Shown piece after piece: positions 1-9,722 of a DNA stretch of 64,000 nucleotides. The notes beneath the pieces are model-generated. The model was not told the DNA's origin. It did no database searches and was given only the letters and a program-made list of their open reading frames with translations. The first letter of the stretch is position 1, and each line of letters starts with the position of its first letter. Both the position numbers and the translations under genes were made by a program. This DNA is from Gemmatimonas sp. (lineage in GTDB: Bacteria; Gemmatimonadota; Gemmatimonadetes; Gemmatimonadales; Gemmatimonadaceae): assembly GCA_031414535.1 (NCBI GenBank), contig JANNVQ010000034.1:30594-94593 (forward strand), in the 5' to 3' direction.

Positions 1-52
1 TCATATGGAGTGAACGCGCCTGTGTGGCCGATGGTGCGCAGGCGAGCGTGCG

Positions 53-1084
53 CTAGAAGAGCTCAGGCTGCGCGTCACTGGGACGATTCGGTGGCGGATA
101 GCCTAGGTGCTTGTAGGCCTGCGTGCTGGCCACGCGTCCGCGCGGCGTGCGCTGCAGAAAGCCATGTTGCACAAGGAAAGGCTCGTACACTTCCTCGAGC
201 GTGTCGGCATCTTCGCCCACGGCAGCGGCAATTGTGCTCACGCCGACAGGACCGCCGTCGAACTTCTCGATGATGGCGCGCAACACGCGCGTATCCATCT
301 CGTCGAGTCCGAACTCATCCACGTCGAGCATGGCCAGCGCTTCACGAGCCACGGCGCGCGTGATGTGGCCATCGGCTTTTACTTGCGCATAATCACGCAC
401 ACGACGCAGCAGACGGTTCGCCACACGTGGCGTGCCACGCGCACGGCGCGCGAGTTCCTTAGCTCCGTCCGCATCAACCGTGGAATTGATCACGACGGCC
501 GTACGATGCACAATCTCTTCAATCTCATCTGCCGGGTAGTAGTTGAGCCTGAGCTCAATACCAAAACGTGCCCGCAGCGGTGCGGTGAGCATTCCCAAGC
601 GCGTCGTCGCGCCAATGAGCGTGAACCGCTCAATCGGCATCGTAATGGTCTGCGCCTTGGGGCCTTCGCTCAAGCGGATGTCAATCTTCGAGTCTTCCAT
701 GGCCGGGTACAGAAACTCATCAATCACCGGCTTCAGGCGATGGATCTCGTCAATGAACAGGATGTCGCCGGCGCGCAGGTTGGTGAGCGTGCCCACCAGA
801 TCGCCCGGCTTCTCCAGCGCTGGTCCGCTGGTCGTGTGAATGTTCACACCCATTTCGCGCGCGATTAGCTCCGCCAGCGTGGTCTTGCCCAGGCCAGGCG
901 GGCCAAATAGCAGGGTGTGATCAAGTGGTTCTTTACGCGCCGTGGCCGCATCAATGTAGATGCGCAGGGCATCCTTCACCTTCCCCTGGCCGATGAACTC
1001 CTCGAGCCGCTGGGGCCGCAGTGACAGCTCCACCACCGACTCATCGGTGAGGGCCTCCGGCGTGGTGATTTCGGTGCGCGACAT
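53..1084 (-). CDS. ruvB: Holliday junction branch migration DNA helicase RuvB
   Basis: LRP..L.EFIGQ start, Walker [39 protein letters not shown]; lies downstream of ruvC-ruvA. Confidence 0.98.
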   Translation of the reverse strand: MSRTEITTPEALTDESVVELSLRPQRLEEFIGQGKVKDALRIYIDAATARKEPLDHTLLFGPPGLGKTTLAELIAREMGVNIHTTSGPALEKPGDLVGTLTNLRAGDILFIDEIHRLKPVIDEFLYPAMEDSKIDIRLSEGPKAQTITMPIERFTLIGATTRLGMLTAPLRARFGIELRLNYYPADEIEEIVHRTAVVINSTVDADGAKELARRARGTPRVANRLLRRVRDYAQVKADGHITRAVAREALAMLDVDEFGLDEMDTRVLRAIIEKFDGGPVGVSTIAAAVGEDADTLEEVYEPFLVQHGFLQRTPRGRVASTQAYKHLGYPPPNRPSDAQPELF

Positions 1085-1094
1085 AGCGAGGAAT

Positions 1095-1694
1095 CTACTT
1101 CGCGAGCGCCGCGAGTGATCGGCGAATCAGGTCCGCGGTGGTCTCACCCTTGGCGCCGCCATCCAATGACATGCGGACGGCACGCTCTGCATCGCTGGCC
1201 TGGTAGCCCAAGGCCACCAGCGCGCGCACGGCGTCGGCGCTCGGGCCGCCGCTCGGCAGTGCCTTGCCGGCACCCGCCGTCTCCACTGCGCCTTCGAGTT
1301 TGTCGCGCAGTTCCAGGATGAGGCGCTCGGCCAACTTCTTCCCCACCCGCGGCACACGAGTGAGTGTCGTGAGATCCTCCTCGCGGATGGCCCGCACGAG
1401 CCGCTCGCCGGTGAGCGTGCTCAGCAGGTTCATCGCGAGCGAAGGGCCGACGCCCGTGGTGCCAAGCAGCCGTAGGAACAGCTTGCGCTCATCGGCGCTG
1501 CTGAAGCCATAGAGGGTCGTCGCATCCTCGCGCACGACCATGGCCGTGTGAAGAGCAAGCTCGCCACCCATGCGAGGCAGCGACTCCAGCACGGCCAGCG
1601 GCACCATCACCTCGTAGGTGACACCGCCCGCTGTGCGAAGCTCAATGCGATCGAGGCCCGAGGCCGCGAGCGTGCCATCTAAACGTGAGATCAT
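1095..1694 (-). CDS. ruvA: Holliday junction branch migration protein RuvA
   Basis: VRED...LYGF, HhH motifs GVGP and [17 protein letters not shown]-terminal ALVALGY. Start moved to ATG 1694, which overlaps the ruvC stop (ATGA). Confidence 0.96.
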   Translation of the reverse strand: MISRLDGTLAASGLDRIELRTAGGVTYEVMVPLAVLESLPRMGGELALHTAMVVREDATTLYGFSSADERKLFLRLLGTTGVGPSLAMNLLSTLTGERLVRAIREEDLTTLTRVPRVGKKLAERLILELRDKLEGAVETAGAGKALPSGGPSADAVRALVALGYQASDAERAVRMSLDGGAKGETTADLIRRSLAALAK

Positions 1695-2176
1695 CGCTTT
1701 CTCCAAGCAGCGCCGAGCCGCATCGCGCAGGTGAGCGCGGCAGCGACTCCGTCCGCGGCGTCGCTGGGTTGCGGCGGGCTTTTGAGTCTGAGTAGCGTGG
1801 CCACCATCAACTGCACCTGGGTCTTGGTTGCGGCACCTGTGCCGACGACGGCCTTCTTGATCTCGGCCGGCGAATACTCATGAATCTCAACACCCAGCTC
1901 TTCGCCTGCGAGAAGAATGACACCTCGCGCGTGGCCCAGTACGAGGGTGGTGCGCACGTTCTTGGCGTAAAACGCGGATTCCACCGCCATCGCCTGCGGC
2001 ATATGACGCGCGAGCAATTCTCGCACGCCTTCGGAGATGTCGTGCAAGCGCTTGGGCAACGGAGCATCGGCCTTGGTGCGAATCACGCCGCATTCCACGA
2101 GCACCGGCGGAGATCCGGCACGCACTACACCATAGCCCGTCACCGCAGTGCCGGGGTCGATGCCGAGGATCAGCAT
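1691..2176 (-). CDS. ruvC: Crossover junction endodeoxyribonuclease RuvC
   Basis: ILGIDPG..TGYG, AVE, GHARGV, IKKAVVGTGAATK.QV, DAADG. Confidence 0.97.
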   Translation of the reverse strand: MLILGIDPGTAVTGYGVVRAGSPPVLVECGVIRTKADAPLPKRLHDISEGVRELLARHMPQAMAVESAFYAKNVRTTLVLGHARGVILLAGEELGVEIHEYSPAEIKKAVVGTGAATKTQVQLMVATLLRLKSPPQPSDAADGVAAALTCAMRLGAAWRKR

Positions 2177-2195
2177 CGCGCGCCGGCGTTCTTAG

Positions 2196-2936
2196 TCAAG
2201 CGGATAGCTCCGACATATCCATATCGAAGTTCGCGTCTACCTTCTGCACGTCATCGAGATCTTCAATGGCCTCGAGCAACTTGATGAGCGCGGTTGCGTT
2301 CTCACCCTCCACGCGAGTGCTGCTCTTCGGCACCCACGTGAGCACCGCTTCGGTGGCTGTCAGTCCCATCTTCTCGAGGGCTTCCTTCACGGCGTGCAAA
2401 TCGGCGGGCGCGGTCGTGACAGTAAACTGCCCATCCGCAGCGCTGAAGTCCTCGGCGCCAGCGTCCAAGGCCTGCTCCATCACCGTGTCTTCGGTGCGGC
2501 CTTCAGCGGACAGATAAATCTCGCCCTTGCGGTCGAACATAAAGGCCACCGAGTTGACGGCGCCGAGGTTGCCACCGCCGCGCGAGAGTTTGGCACGAAT
2601 ATCGGCCACCGTACGCGTTGGATTGTCGGTCAGCGCCTGAATCATCAGCGCCACGCCGCCGGGCCCGTAAGCCTCGTACACGGCCTCCACGTATTCCACG
2701 CCCTCGAGTTCGCCCGTGCCCTTCTTTACGGCGCGCTCAATGTTCTCCTTGGGGCAGGACTGTGCCTTGGCGTTTTCGATGGCCGTACGCAGACGCGGGT
2801 TGCCGTCCGGATCTCCACCACCAGCCTTTGCCGCCACCGTGATTTCGCGCAACAGCTTCGTGAACAGCGCACCACGCTTTTTATCGGTGGCGGCTTTGTA
2901 ATGCTTGATTTGCTTCCATTTACTGTGGCCAGCCAT
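2196..2936 (-). CDS. yebC: YebC/PmpR family protein
   Basis: MAGHSKW, NPRLR.AI, YEAYGPGGVA, TDN..RT, DLDDVQ.V..N; usual position upstream of ruvC. Confidence 0.96.
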   Translation of the reverse strand: MAGHSKWKQIKHYKAATDKKRGALFTKLLREITVAAKAGGGDPDGNPRLRTAIENAKAQSCPKENIERAVKKGTGELEGVEYVEAVYEAYGPGGVALMIQALTDNPTRTVADIRAKLSRGGGNLGAVNSVAFMFDRKGEIYLSAEGRTEDTVMEQALDAGAEDFSAADGQFTVTTAPADLHAVKEALEKMGLTATEAVLTWVPKSSTRVEGENATALIKLLEAIEDLDDVQKVDANFDMDMSELSA

Positions 2937-2948
2937 TGGAAATGCTCA

Positions 2949-2972
2949 GGACGGATGACGGATGACGGATGC
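2949..2972 (+). repeat. (GACGGAT)n 24-bp repeat, left arm
   Basis: GGACGGATGACGGATGACGGATGC; inverted partner at 3040-3063. Confidence 0.9.
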
Positions 2973-3000
2973 CAAATGGCGTGGGATACTCTGGAAATCT

Positions 3001-3036
3001 AACGGCCGCCGAGGCATCTGTGCCCCGGCGGCCGTT
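3001..3036 (-). terminator. GC-rich hairpin, possible terminator of the 3063-4157 gene
   Basis: AACGGCCGCCGAGGCA-TCTG-TGCCCCGGCGGCCGTT, 16-bp stem with one G-U pair on the minus-strand RNA; weak U tract. Confidence 0.5.
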
Positions 3037-3039
3037 GCA

Positions 3040-3063
3040 GCATCCGTCATCCGTCTTCCGTCC
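3040..3063 (-). repeat. (GACGGAT)n 24-bp repeat, right arm
   Basis: GCATCCGTCATCCGTCTTCCGTCC, 23/24 complementary to 2949-2972. Confidence 0.9.
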
Positions 3064-4157
3064 TAGTTGACCCGTAGCGTCAAACTCGCCCTGAGCCCAC
3101 TCACCTTCGTCCCCGAGCCGTCTGCTACCGAGTACAGGTTGCCGAAGCTGTAGCCAACTTGGGGGAAGAGGCCGACCGATCCGATCGGTACTCGCACGCG
3201 GAGGCCGAGATTAATCAGGTTGCCGGCCCGCGCACCGCCCACCTGCCACAGGCGCGTTTCCAAGTTGGGTTGCACGATGAACTCGCCAAATGGAATGCTC
3301 ACCGCGCCCGAAAGGTTGACCACGTTTTCCGCGGGAGCCGCTGCGCCGAGGATTTCACCCTCGAGTCGGTACAGGTTCCAGCCGCTGATAAAGACATCCG
3401 CACCCTTCACGGGGAAGTTCCATCCCATGGTCGCAATCAAGCGGTCGCCGGTGCTGTACGTCGTCGTGTCCGCGAGGTCCTCGCCGAAGATCGAGTAGGT
3501 CACACCGAGCGAGAGCGCACCATCGCCAACGGGGCGATCGGCATTGAGCGACACACGATACTCGTCGGCGGGAGTGAATCGGAAATCGTTTGAGGCGATG
3601 GTGAAGGCAGCGAACTCCGTTGATTTACGCGCGCTGCCGCCGAGGCCAAGGTTCCAATTGCCCACCGGGCGCGCATAGGCCACGCCGCCGGTCAACGCGA
3701 GGCCGTTGCCCATCGAGGAGATCGGATAGTACAGGAAGTCGTTGCCGATTTGGCCGGCAGCTTCCTGCTGATCCTCGGGGACGGAGTACTGCCCCGTCGG
3801 GAGGTTGATACCGACGGTCAGCAGGACGTTATCGGAGCCGATGCGGTAGTTGGCGCGGATTTGCGTGTCGGTGAGTCCACTGATCTCGCTGGTGGTCGAA
3901 TCATCGGTCTTGACGCTCGATGACGCAAAAGCGGTCGAGACGTCCATCGAGAACTTTTCACCAAAGGGCAACAACAGCACCACGGGCAGCGCGAGTTGCG
4001 AGACCGAGCGCGACGCGGCGCCCGATCCGAAGGTGAGCGTCGTGAAAGTCGGCGCCGTCAGCACCGATGCGGTTTGATACCACTGCGCGGCCAATGGGCT
4101 AGCGGGCAACGCAGCGAACGAGACGGCGAGCAAGCAACGTCCGAGGGTAGACCGCAT
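3063..4157 (-). CDS. Exported protein, probable outer-membrane beta-barrel
   Basis: Sec signal ending LAAQ, alternating amphipathic strands, GINLPTG motif, C-terminal strand LRASLTLRVN. Confidence 0.6.
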   Translation of the reverse strand: MRSTLGRCLLAVSFAALPASPLAAQWYQTASVLTAPTFTTLTFGSGAASRSVSQLALPVVLLLPFGEKFSMDVSTAFASSSVKTDDSTTSEISGLTDTQIRANYRIGSDNVLLTVGINLPTGQYSVPEDQQEAAGQIGNDFLYYPISSMGNGLALTGGVAYARPVGNWNLGLGGSARKSTEFAAFTIASNDFRFTPADEYRVSLNADRPVGDGALSLGVTYSIFGEDLADTTTYSTGDRLIATMGWNFPVKGADVFISGWNLYRLEGEILGAAAPAENVVNLSGAVSIPFGEFIVQPNLETRLWQVGGARAGNLINLGLRVRVPIGSVGLFPQVGYSFGNLYSVADGSGTKVSGLRASLTLRVN

Positions 4158-4160
4158 CGG

Positions 4161-5501
4161 TTAAGGCTTCCGGATGATGATGACGACGGTGCCCACGCGC
4201 GTAGCTGGCTGGTCGGTGCCTCTGCCTTGGCTCGCAGGGTCCGTCGCCGGCGGCTGCGGTGGCGTCAGCGTCGGCGACGTGGTGTTGGAGATCGGAGTCA
4301 CCGTGGGCGGATTCACGTTCTGCGAGACGGCATTCAGCGTGTTTGGTGCGGATGCCGGCGTCACGTTGCCGTTTGTCGCACTGCTGACGGTCTGACTTTC
4401 ACTTCCGCTCAGGCCGCCTTCGATGCTGGCCGCCGACACCTCGGCTCCCAGCGCGGCCTGCTGAGCTGACTGCAAGCGCACCCCGGCCGCACCGAAGCCC
4501 GGATCTAACGAACGCGCCTCCTGGAAGTAGCGCGCCGCATCTTCGAAGCGTCCGTCGTCAGCCGCTAAGAGGCCGCGGCTGTACGAGAGAAACGCGTTGA
4601 AGTTCGTGGTCGCCTGGCGGTCCACCAACTGGCGCTCGGCGGGGGTGAGCGTCACGCCGAGCTGCTCAAACACGCGGAACACGAGCTGCTTTTGCAGTAC
4701 GAAGAAGTTGTCGAGCTGGTTCGTGACCGACACAGGCGCCACCAACTGCGAGGTCGCCACGTCAATCACGTTCGATTCCACCGTCAGCTGCTGGCCCGAC
4801 TGCACCAGCGAGCCGCTCACGAGACGGCCGGCGCGGATGAGCTTGCCCGCCCGCACGGCGCTCGTCGCGTCGGTGCGATCGCTCTCGCCAAGGCGAATTT
4901 CATCGGCAATCGCCTGCATGCGGTCGCGTTCCACCACCGTGAGCTGTGCCGATCGCGAGAGGTCCGTGATCATCAGTTCGGCAAAACCGCGCTCCAAGGG
5001 AGCGAGCGTTGCGTTGTCCGGGCCGCTGAACTTGAAGGGCGGCACCGCAATCGTGCGTCGGTCACCGGGTGTCTGCGAGAGTGTGGCCTCGTTGGCTACG
5101 GCAAGCTTGGCCGCGGCCACGACTTCCACTCGGGCAAGCGCGACCAAGCGCCGCTGAATGTCCGTGCGCGTGCGCCGCGACCGGCCGTTGCGCAGGTAAT
5201 CGTTGTACGCAGCCTTGGCACCCGCGAAATCCTGCTGGCCCTCGGCAGCGAGCCCGGCGTAGAGCGAGCTCACACCGTCGCGAGGATCGAGTTGCCGCGC
5301 TTGGTCCAACACAGCGCGAGCGTCGGCAAAGCGATTCGCCTTGAAGTACGCCACGCCGAGCGCGCGCAGTGCCGCGACGCTACGCGGGTTGGCCGCACGC
5401 GTCGCCTCGAGCCGAGCCACAGGATCACGCCGCTGTGCCTCCGCGGCAGGAGCGGCGAGGGTCAGCAACAAGGCAGCAAACAAGAACCGAGAATGACGCA
5501 C
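4161..5501 (-). CDS. Exported TPR protein with a CsgG/TolB-N-like domain
   Basis: Start GTG 5501 after AGGAG; signal ending AEAQ; TPR-like helices; IAV.PF...LT.VVER..M..I..E..L.......D..SAV.AGKL; Pro/Thr-rich tail. Confidence 0.7.
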   Translation of the reverse strand: MRHSRFLFAALLLTLAAPAAEAQRRDPVARLEATRAANPRSVAALRALGVAYFKANRFADARAVLDQARQLDPRDGVSSLYAGLAAEGQQDFAGAKAAYNDYLRNGRSRRTRTDIQRRLVALARVEVVAAAKLAVANEATLSQTPGDRRTIAVPPFKFSGPDNATLAPLERGFAELMITDLSRSAQLTVVERDRMQAIADEIRLGESDRTDATSAVRAGKLIRAGRLVSGSLVQSGQQLTVESNVIDVATSQLVAPVSVTNQLDNFFVLQKQLVFRVFEQLGVTLTPAERQLVDRQATTNFNAFLSYSRGLLAADDGRFEDAARYFQEARSLDPGFGAAGVRLQSAQQAALGAEVSAASIEGGLSGSESQTVSSATNGNVTPASAPNTLNAVSQNVNPPTVTPISNTTSPTLTPPQPPATDPASQGRGTDQPATRVGTVVIIIRKP

Positions 5502-5509
5502 GATTACTC

Positions 5510-6358
5510 CTAGCGGTCGGGGTCCAGCATGTCTTCGAATCGGAGCCACTGTTTGTAAAAATACAGGTCTACATACCCAATGGTGCCGTTGCGGTTCTTG
5601 CGCACCAACAGTTCCGTTGCGCCCTCCACACCGTAGCCCGGGGCGTACATCTCCTCGCGGTAGATAGCGAGGACAACATCGGCGTGCTGTTTGACCGAAC
5701 CGAGCGCACCAAAATCTTCCAAGGTCGGTCGCGAGTCTTGGCGCGTGCGCTCCCACTTTGGGAGCTGCGCCGTCACGAGCACCGTCACGTCCATGTCGAG
5801 CGCCGCAGACTTGAGCGCGCGCACAGCCCGCGCAAGTAATTCATCCTGCTGGCCCTCGCCAATTGCCAGGGCCTGCAGCGAATCAACGACAATCACTTGG
5901 CACGCCAGCTCCCTGATTCGCGAACGCATCGCGTCCAGAGACGCCGTGGGCAGGTGTTCCACCTTTGGTGAGCGGTCACGCAAACGCACGGCAGCCGCAC
6001 CGACGGTCGCCCGCGTCAGCTCATCCAACTTGCCGCTCCGAAGGTCGTCCACGCGCACCCGGCCCTCGAGCGCCAGGGCACGCTCCATCACGCGTTCGGC
6101 CGTCATCTCCCCCGTGAGAAATGCTACCGATGTTCCCTCTTGCGCCATCCGGACTGCCATCGCCAATCCAAGCGCTGACTTCCCAGATCCCACATCCCCA
6201 CCGAGCACCACGAGATCGCCGCGGCGCAGTCCGCCACCCAGCGAGCGATCGATGCTCGGAAAGCCCGTGCGAACCGAGTCCGTGGACGGTTGACCGTCCG
6301 AGGCAAGGTCCACTCGCCGCATCACGCGGGATATCGGGGAAATGTCGTTGGGGCGCAC
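5510..6358 (-). CDS. DnaB-like helicase C-terminal (RecA-fold) domain protein lacking the N-terminal domain
   Basis: TGFPSID..LGGGL, Walker A GGDVGSGKS, GEM, VVDSLQ, AQL, QHADVV, KNRNG; start GTG 6358 after GAGG. Confidence 0.85.
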   Translation of the reverse strand: MRPNDISPISRVMRRVDLASDGQPSTDSVRTGFPSIDRSLGGGLRRGDLVVLGGDVGSGKSALGLAMAVRMAQEGTSVAFLTGEMTAERVMERALALEGRVRVDDLRSGKLDELTRATVGAAAVRLRDRSPKVEHLPTASLDAMRSRIRELACQVIVVDSLQALAIGEGQQDELLARAVRALKSAALDMDVTVLVTAQLPKWERTRQDSRPTLEDFGALGSVKQHADVVLAIYREEMYAPGYGVEGATELLVRKNRNGTIGYVDLYFYKQWLRFEDMLDPDR

Positions 6359-6403
6359 AGGAACCTCAGTTAATACAGAAGGGCAAACACCCAAACCTAC
6401 GGC

Positions 6404-6829
6404 TCAGTCAGGGACCCCGGCAAGCACAATGGCATCCTGCCGAAGAAACTCCGCGAGGCGCGTCAACTCTGAACGTGCTACCCGGTCCAGGTGTGCCGCC
6501 GTGACGTCAGTCACCGCGGCCAGTGCTTCGGCCATGCCCACCCGGTCGCCCTGAGCAGAGACCACAATCGCGCGGAGGAGGGTGGTTCGGGTTTTTGCGG
6601 GTACCGTGAGCGCCGAAAGCCAACCCTTCATTTGCTCGGCTCGGGCGCGTCGCGTTTCTACCGGGAGCGGATGGGGAAGGCGCATGCCATCGGCGAGCCT
6701 CGCCACCATCATCGCCCCAGCCAAGGCCTCGCGAACACCGCCCAAGGGCGCGCGCCCAGTGGCAGCCGCCAGCCCCGGGCAGGCGAAGAGCGCGCGCGGC
6801 GGTGCGAAGGGGGTTGGGGCGTCCACCAT
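6404..6829 (-). CDS. Hypothetical helical protein
   Basis: 141-aa ORF, first gene of the minus-strand run; CAAGTT 6 nt upstream of ATG. Confidence 0.6.
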   Translation of the reverse strand: MVDAPTPFAPPRALFACPGLAAATGRAPLGGVREALAGAMMVARLADGMRLPHPLPVETRRARAEQMKGWLSALTVPAKTRTTLLRAIVVSAQGDRVGMAEALAAVTDVTAAHLDRVARSELTRLAEFLRQDAIVLAGVPD

Positions 6830-6918
6830 GAACTCAACTTGCCGCTCTGTCCTCGCCCCGGGAAGGGGCTATCTTGCGTCCCTATGTTGCCAAAGCTCTC
6901 CCGAGAGGACTCGCGCTG

Positions 6919-8736
6919 ATGCGGCTGTATCGCCGGCTGCTGGTCTTCCTGCGTCCGCACACGTGGCGGCTCGCAGGCAACATCCTGTTCAACGTGATCG
7001 CCGCGGCACTCGACGGCGTGGCCTTCACCTTGCTCATTCCCTTCCTGAACACGCTGTTCCGCCTGTCCAGCGCGGTGGTACAGGACATGGGCTGGCTCAC
7101 GGTGGCCCAAGAGCGACTGGTCGGCGCCTTCCTCGTGGAAGGCGACCCCTTGGGTTCGCTGCGCGGCGTGATCCTCGTGATCATCGCCATGGTCACGCTC
7201 AAGAACGTCTTCCTTTGGGCCGGCGGACAACTCGGCGCCTCGCTGCAGGAATACATCACGCGCGATCTGCGCGCGGCCGTGTTCTCGCACATGCAGCGCT
7301 TGCCGCTGGGATGGTTCTCGCGCACCAAAACGGGGCAGATCATTGCCCGCATCCTGACGGACACGGAACAGACAAAGGCGATTCTCGCCGAAGTGGCAAC
7401 CCGCACCATCCAGAATGCCGCGCAACTCGTCGTCACGGTCTGGATCCTCTACACGATGTCGCCGCGGCTCACGCTGTATGCGCTCGTGGTGGCGCCGCTC
7501 ATCATTGGATTCCTGCAGCCGCTGCTGCGCAAGTTGCGTAAAGGACACCGCCGCTTGCGCGCCGAATACGGTGAGATTACGAGCGTGCTCCAGGAAGTCA
7601 TCAGCGGCATTCGCTTGGTCAAGTCTTTTCGCGGCGAGCCATACGAAGACGGCCGCTTTCTTGGCGCATCGGCACGCTATTCAAAAGGGATGACACGGAT
7701 TCAACGTCTCTCGTTGCTCAGCGCCCCGCTCACGGAAGTGCTCGGCACCATCGTCGCGGTGGCGGTGCTCTGGCTCGGCGCGCGTGAAGTCCTGCAAGGT
7801 GGCGGAATGGATGGCGGCACGCTCATCACCTTCATGGTGCTGGTCATGCGTCTGCTGCAACCGCTCAAGCAAATGTCACAGGCGCCGACGACCGCCCAGC
7901 AATCATTGGCGGCCGCAGAGCGTCTGTTCGAGGTGTTGGATCAGCCCACGGAAGCACAGGCAGACACCGGGACACGCGAAGTGAAGGCGCTTGAGCGCGA
8001 ACTGAGGTTTGAGAGCGTGGGCTTCGCGTACGACGGCACTGCGGTGTTAAACGACGTGACCTTCACAGCTCGGCGCGGCGATGTGATTGCGCTCGTGGGG
8101 GCCAGCGGAGCGGGGAAGAGCACACTGGTGGATCTGATTCCACGCTTCATTGCACCGACGGCGGGCCGCATCACGCTCGATGGTGTGTCCTTGGGTGATA
8201 TCACGCTTCCCTCGCTGCGGCGTCTGACTGGCATCGTGTCGCAGGACACGGTGCTCTTCAATGACTCCGTGCGCGCGAACATCGCCTACGGCGCGGAGGC
8301 CCAGTACACACAGGCCCAAGTTGAAGTAGCGGCGCGCGCGGCGAATGCGCATGAGTTCATCGCGGCCCTGCCTGAGGGGTATGAGACGGCTCTTGGCGAG
8401 CGCGGCACGCGCTTGTCAGGCGGCCAGCGTCAGCGATTGGCCATTGCACGTGCGCTGCTGACCGACCCGCCAATCTTAATTCTCGACGAAGCGACCTCGG
8501 CGCTCGATACCGAGAGCGAGCGGCTCGTGCAGGAGGCGCTGGACCGCCTGCTGGCTGGCCGTACGACATTCGTGATTGCCCATCGCCTGAGCACCATCGT
8601 CCACGCCACGCAGATTCTCGTGATGGAAGCGGGGCGCATCGTGGAGCGCGGTACGCACGACGAACTCCTCGCACGTGGCGGAGCCTACGCCCGGCTTCAC
8701 GCGCTTCAGGAGCGTCGCGAGCGCAGTGATGGCTGA
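6919..8736 (+). CDS. ABC transporter, fused permease/ATPase, MsbA-like lipid A exporter
   Basis: TM domain, Walker A GASGAGKST, LSGGQRQR, ILDEATSALD, IAHRLST; adjacent to a lipid A acyltransferase; ATG 6919 after GAGGA. Confidence 0.9.
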   Translation: MRLYRRLLVFLRPHTWRLAGNILFNVIAAALDGVAFTLLIPFLNTLFRLSSAVVQDMGWLTVAQERLVGAFLVEGDPLGSLRGVILVIIAMVTLKNVFLWAGGQLGASLQEYITRDLRAAVFSHMQRLPLGWFSRTKTGQIIARILTDTEQTKAILAEVATRTIQNAAQLVVTVWILYTMSPRLTLYALVVAPLIIGFLQPLLRKLRKGHRRLRAEYGEITSVLQEVISGIRLVKSFRGEPYEDGRFLGASARYSKGMTRIQRLSLLSAPLTEVLGTIVAVAVLWLGAREVLQGGGMDGGTLITFMVLVMRLLQPLKQMSQAPTTAQQSLAAAERLFEVLDQPTEAQADTGTREVKALERELRFESVGFAYDGTAVLNDVTFTARRGDVIALVGASGAGKSTLVDLIPRFIAPTAGRITLDGVSLGDITLPSLRRLTGIVSQDTVLFNDSVRANIAYGAEAQYTQAQVEVAARAANAHEFIAALPEGYETALGERGTRLSGGQRQRLAIARALLTDPPILILDEATSALDTESERLVQEALDRLLAGRTTFVIAHRLSTIVHATQILVMEAGRIVERGTHDELLARGGAYARLHALQERRERSDG

Positions 8737-9697
8737 GTCGCCAGCTCCCGTTGTCGCTGCGGTGAAGGGCCGCGTGGTGAAGCCGCCGACGATGACCCAG
8801 CGCGCGGAGTATGGGCTACTGCGCCTGATTGGGACGCTCCTGAGGCCCTTCAGTTGGAAGACGGCGTCCAACTTCGGGGCCTTCCTCGGCGGGCTCGGCT
8901 ACTCGCCCTTTCGTGTGCGCGCGGATCGAGTGGAGCGCTATGTGCGCGCGGCCTTTCCTGATATCTCGGATGCGCGCGTGAAGCAGATTGCGCGCGAGTC
9001 CTACCGTGGGCTGGGCCGCGTGACCATCGAAAGCATTTTGCTGTCTCGCGAACCCAAGGAGACGGTGCTGGCGGCGTTCTCGGGCGCCGAGAACTGGGAG
9101 TTGCTGGAGGCCGCGCTCGCCGAAGGTCGGGGTGTCGTACTTGTGAGCGGACACATCGGGAGCTGGGAGCTGTCCGCGGCGTATATGTCGGCGCGTGGCG
9201 TCCCAGTGGATGCCATCGCTATGCACATGGCCAATCCGCTCAGCGATGGCTTCTTTAGGCGCACGCGTGAGCGTTTCGGGATGCGCGTGCTGTTTGACGA
9301 CGAGGCCGTCCGCGCCATTCCTCGTGCCTTTCGCGATGGACGTGCGGTCGGGTTCCTGTCCGATCAAGGCGCACTCGGTCTCGCGTCCACATTCGTGGAC
9401 TTCTTCGGCCGGCCCGCCAAGACGCCACGTGGTGCCGCGGTGTTCGCGCTGCGTGGTCGCTTGCCGATGCTCTTCGTTGCGGCCATTCGCCAAAGCGATC
9501 TCTCGTATCGTTTCATCGTGCGCGCGGTGCCGCTTGCCGAGAGCGGCGACCGCGAGCGAGACGTGGACGACACGGTGCGCAACTACACGAAGGCCATCGA
9601 AGACTGCGTGCGCGAGCACCCGGAGCAGTACTTCTGGCAGCATCGTCGTTGGAAACGTCAGCCACCTGATACGCCCCCCCACTTGCGAGAGCCGTGA
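8729..9697 (+). CDS. Lipid A biosynthesis acyltransferase (LpxL/HtrB family)
   Basis: GHIGSWE (HX4E), FLSDQ, VDFFGRPA, PEQYFWQHRRWK; start uncertain. Confidence 0.9.
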   Translation: MAESPAPVVAAVKGRVVKPPTMTQRAEYGLLRLIGTLLRPFSWKTASNFGAFLGGLGYSPFRVRADRVERYVRAAFPDISDARVKQIARESYRGLGRVTIESILLSREPKETVLAAFSGAENWELLEAALAEGRGVVLVSGHIGSWELSAAYMSARGVPVDAIAMHMANPLSDGFFRRTRERFGMRVLFDDEAVRAIPRAFRDGRAVGFLSDQGALGLASTFVDFFGRPAKTPRGAAVFALRGRLPMLFVAAIRQSDLSYRFIVRAVPLAESGDRERDVDDTVRNYTKAIEDCVREHPEQYFWQHRRWKRQPPDTPPHLREP

Positions 9698-9722
9698 TGC
9701 GTTCAGCGATTGGTCGCCATTG

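Noticed and set aside
6884..6919. 11-aa uORF MLPKLSREDSR overlapping the ABC transporter start (TGATG)
   Set aside because: The transporter has its own GAGGA SD, and nothing else supports translation of the peptide.
9195..9722. Long N-terminal extensions in the ORF track (9195, 27632, 5756, 53799, 36209, 60480)
   Set aside because: They overlap neighbouring genes or promoters, and downstream starts with an SD or stop-start coupling fit the protein families better.
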